A stretch of DNA of 54,883 nucleotides, counting the filler, from Bipalium vagum (lineage: Eukaryota): NCBI GenBank assembly GCA_037834085.1. It is 3 parts of 3 records of this genome, joined end to end, with 100 filler letters (N's around TTAATTAATTAA, not from the genome) between each part and the next. Parts side by side here need not be neighbours in the genome. Positions count along the whole stretch, not along the records: positions 36,357 to 54,883 come from JBBMKC010026345.1; 2 more parts are not named here. One strand, 5' to 3'. The notes under the pieces are model-generated. The model did not search any database. It worked only from the letters and a program-made list of their open reading frames with translations, and was not told the DNA's origin. The position numbers were made by a program, and so were the translations under genes. Positions 51,660 through 54,883 of the stretch are shown here, piece after piece. Each line of letters begins with the position of its first letter. Position 1 is the first letter of the stretch.

Positions 51660-51870
51660 GTGTATCAATTGTCGTCATTCAGATTTTTGCATAAGTCATT
51701 AAATAACGAAATTATACTAAAATTTATGGGATTATTCAATATCACTTTATTACATATTATGAGTAAAAGCTCTTGTTCCATGAATCTTTTAAAAGAAGTA
51801 GCTCTTTTAAAAAGTCTATTAATGTTACTTAATGAATCCAGATCATGGGAATAAAATTGTGATATCGTAA
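51660..51870 (-). mobile_element. Possible Penelope-like 3' relic
   Basis: HDLDSLSNINRLFKRATSFKRFMEQELL..LNN resembles the GIY-YIG tail HxFDxxNxxIL...KR..E. Confidence 0.35.
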
Positions 51871-52149
51871 AAGTTTAATAATTCTATAATATTTACTATT
51901 AATATAATTTTAATTAATTAAAACAAACATAATAAGTAAATATAAAAAATTTGAGTAAAATTAATAAATCATTCTAATTTTTTTATTAATCTGAAAAATA
52001 ATATTATTAATTTGAAAAATAATATATAATTTTAATTAGATCAATAATGAAATAATTATATTTAAAAAAATTAATATTGTGATGATAAAAAATATTTTCG
52101 TCATTTAGTTTGTTGTTAAGTCCCTCATGTCTCTTGATTCAAATTATTT

Positions 52150-52996
52150 CCAACAATCCACATTAATTGTTCTTTGAGCGCCCAAACTACATTAACTAAT
52201 TTTTCATTGTCGTCTTTTGAATAGATTTTTTATTTCACTTTAATATTTCTGTTACCTTTGCAAATGGCCACATTCCTTTCTCTAGAGTTAAATCAAGATA
52301 TGATTTGGAGTTCAGTTTTGCTCCTTGAGGTATGAAAATTGAGTCAAGTTTTACATTAAACATTACTCATTCGTCTGATTGTCATTTTCCCATAATCTTT
52401 CTTTATTGTATACGTCCTTGATAGAAACGACATAGACCCTATCATTTAGGTTATTAACATTTTGAGATAGAGATAAGATTTTCTGGTCTAAGAAGGGACT
52501 CGACCTTCCGCTTTATTCGGGAAATAATTGCCCTGCATTTAGCCAGTCAATTTTTCTTGATACCATCGGATTTGAAACTTGTAAGCCTTTAATCCAAGAT
52601 TATGTCTTAGAACTCTCTGAATTGTCATTCTTGATTTTTGAAGCTCTCGATTGATTTTCCGATACTTCACCATTGGATTTCGAGGCACCTTGGCTAGTTA
52701 TTAATTTCTCACTCTGTAATGTCATTCTGGAGATTATTTCTTTTCTGCTGTTCTTTATTTTTTCCACTGATTTACTATTCTTGAAAATTATGATCGCATC
52801 ATTTTGATTGCTTTTTGCGAAGATCGAAATACCTTCTTCACCTTTATATTTTTTTTCAAAATTACGTCACACAATACCTTACCACCTATAATGTCTAAAA
52901 TATTAATTATTTTTTAAAAAGACTTGAATCATAAAGATTGATTTCTTTGAAATAAATATATAACGAAAAGTGTAACACAATAGACGGGACGCTCTG
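52150..52996 (-). mobile_element. maT/DD37D-like element, degenerate and 3'-eroded
   Basis: TA-cagagcgtcccgtctattgtgttacacttt terminus. Reads RNPMVKYRKINRELQKSRMTIQRVLRHNLGLKAYKFQ, NDRVY and IFIPQGAKLNSKSYLDLTLEK. Confidence 0.75.
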
Positions 52997-53320
52997 TAAA
53001 ATGAAATACTATGCTATGAACATGTTTCTCTGCACTCATAGTTAAAGACGTAATAAAGAATAAGCTTACAAAATATTAATTAGATAAATGATTTCTGCAG
53101 AACAAAATTCTTTCCTTTACAGTCAATATTACAACTTTTTTAGGCTTTAAAATTGTCAATCTAAATCCAAAAGAACACTATCAATAGATAGATAACGATA
53201 AAAGACATATTACAATATACCATAACCAAACAGGTTCAAATAAAGCCAAGTGGATGATAAGCTGTAATATTGCCAAAAAGGTTGAAATAGGTTTTTAATA
53301 TTGTTAGTTGAAAATTAATC

Positions 53321-53378
53321 GGAGATACCGGGACCTTCACATGCGTATGCACTGCTCTGACCGCTGAGCTATATCCCC
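53321..53378 (-). pseudogene. tRNA-Ala(CGC)-derived pseudogene or SINE head lacking the T-arm
   Basis: GGGGATATAGCTCAGCGGTCAGAGC..ACGCATGTGAAGGTCCCGG-TATCTCC. Acceptor stem intact with G3:U70; D-arm and A-box intact. Anticodon stem broken; T-loop and B-box deleted. Confidence 0.8.
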
Positions 53379-54883
53379 CGACTAATTTTCAATTTATCAT
53401 ACAAATATGTTTATATAACGTTTAATATATTTTTTATATTTTAGTTACAATATTTTTTGCTGGTTTTTTTCAAAAATATATTCTTAGGAAATTCTAAAAT
53501 AATATAAAACAAAAATTATTGAAGACATCTTTATCTTTCGAAATAATTACTATTTCTTAAATAATAATATTATTATTTCTGAAATAAAAATGTAATAAAA
53601 TTTATAATATTTTATTTATAATGAAAATATTTATAATATTAACAAATAAATTTTTGATTTAATTTTTTCTTTTTTATCAAAATTTTTTCGAGTAAAATAT
53701 ATTAATTAATACTCACTAAATTTTAATTAACAATTTTTAATTACATTTTTTGAATTTAAAGTTTTTTACATAGTGACGTGATTTTTTATTTAATTTATTT
53801 CTTAAAATTTTAATTTATAAAATTATTTTATTAAAACTACATAATAATTTTAAAAATTTTCCGAATAAGATTTCATTTAATTTACTGCTTTTGGGAAGCT
53901 TTGGTATATCAGGAAACTTGAAAATTAATTCCCTTAATTATAACATACAAAACAAAATTTAAACTAACGTGATCAAAATAATAATAATATATTATCATAA
54001 TAAAATTTTTAAAATTCACTTTAATTTGATAATATTTTATTTTAATATTAAGCTTGTTTAGTAGCAAAAATTCATTAATTATTTTACTTTAATTCAAAAT
54101 TGTTACAATGATATCAGCGTATCAATACATCAATCGACGATGAAAAATATTTTCAACGTCTATTGTCATTTGACGTTGAAAATGACATCACATATAATGG
54201 AGTCATGAAATATAATGGATATGATATAATAATTAAATAAAAATTTTCAACAAAAAACAATATTTCTCTCTCGATCGCATATAAGTTCAACGTTTAATAA
54301 AATAAAAGTTAATTTTCTGTTCTGGAAAGTTTGTTTAGAAGTAATGGGTTATTTTCTGGAAAAATAATAATTTTTTCTACGCTATAAGCGAAAGAAATTC
54401 AGATTTTATCCATGAATGGGTCTAAAACAATTGATTGATTCTGCTAGCTTTGAGCGGTTAGAGAGAAATTACATTACAAACAGTAGATCTTAATCAGAAA
54501 ATATTTTCAATATAATAAAAATAATAATTATTATAAAGGAAAATCCATATTTTCATTGAGAAACAGTAATCTGTAAATTGATTTTCTATAAAGGAAATTG
54601 AAGAAAAATATTAATAATAAAAATTTTGTTTAAATCAAATATTTTAACCCCTGAAAGCACTTATAAATTAGATATTTTTAAAATTTATTACCTTAAGAAT
54701 AATTAAAACAAATGATAACGTTTTATTTGTTTTGATAATAATAGAAAATTATGAAAGAAATGTTAAATATTTAATTTATCAAAAAATTATATTTAAATAT
54801 TTATTAATATACTCATGCTCAAAAGTGTTAGCCATGTAGAATTTATTATGAAAAACGAAGAAATATTTACATAATCAAAAGTG

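Noticed and set aside
851-51854. Most ORF-track entries, e.g. 851-1093, 15865-16077, 27079-27537, 30918-31193, 32977-33201, 42687-43013 and 49258-49602
   Set aside because: AT-rich chance ORFs, antisense shadows of transposases, or microsatellite and N-gap artefacts.
53886-53916. 31-nt candidate exon FPDIPKLPKS(N), spaced like GK FPDxFxFSVSH before TTR
   Set aside because: No P-loop, a stop just upstream, and it would give Asn instead of His/Tyr. Possible but unsupported.
54150-54182. 11-bp inverted repeat ttttcaacgtc / gacgttgaaaa
   Set aside because: Isolated short hairpin with no TSD or family evidence.
1-54883. CRISPR arrays, operons, rRNA, phage or other prokaryotic systems
   Set aside because: No regularly spaced repeats or long ORFs. 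The sequence is spliced eukaryotic DNA.

Overview
Very AT-rich animal (invertebrate-type) nuclear DNA. It is mostly intronic or intergenic and densely covered by decayed DNA transposons. Two artificial 100-bp spacers (44 N + TTAATTAATTAA + 44 N, at 16566-16665 and 36257-36356) split the window into three blocks. Each block carries minus-strand spliced exons of a different, incomplete gene: (1) one EF-hand exon of a phospholipase C / PLC-like protein (3718-3847); (2) three in-phase EGF exons of a fibulin-like calcium-binding-EGF protein (28355-28425, 20702-20848, 19604-19729); (3) three in-phase exons of guanylate kinase (49692-49733, 47825-47921, 41625-41763). The ORF track misses all but one of these exons. 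The rest is a collection of mostly dead elements: several mariner lineages, a full-length DD38-spaced Tc1 (Intruder-like), DD37E/TRT-like, maT-like, rosa-like, IS630-like, piggyBac, Merlin, Chapaev3-like, pogo and Penelope relics, and two MITEs. There is also a T-arm-less tRNA-Ala relic inside a 13-bp extended hairpin. I see no convincing new biological system. The best leads are the probably non-colinear joins, a recursive-splice-like EGF exon, the tRNA-derived hairpin and the transposon lineages. All family calls come from motif recognition by eye, not database searches.
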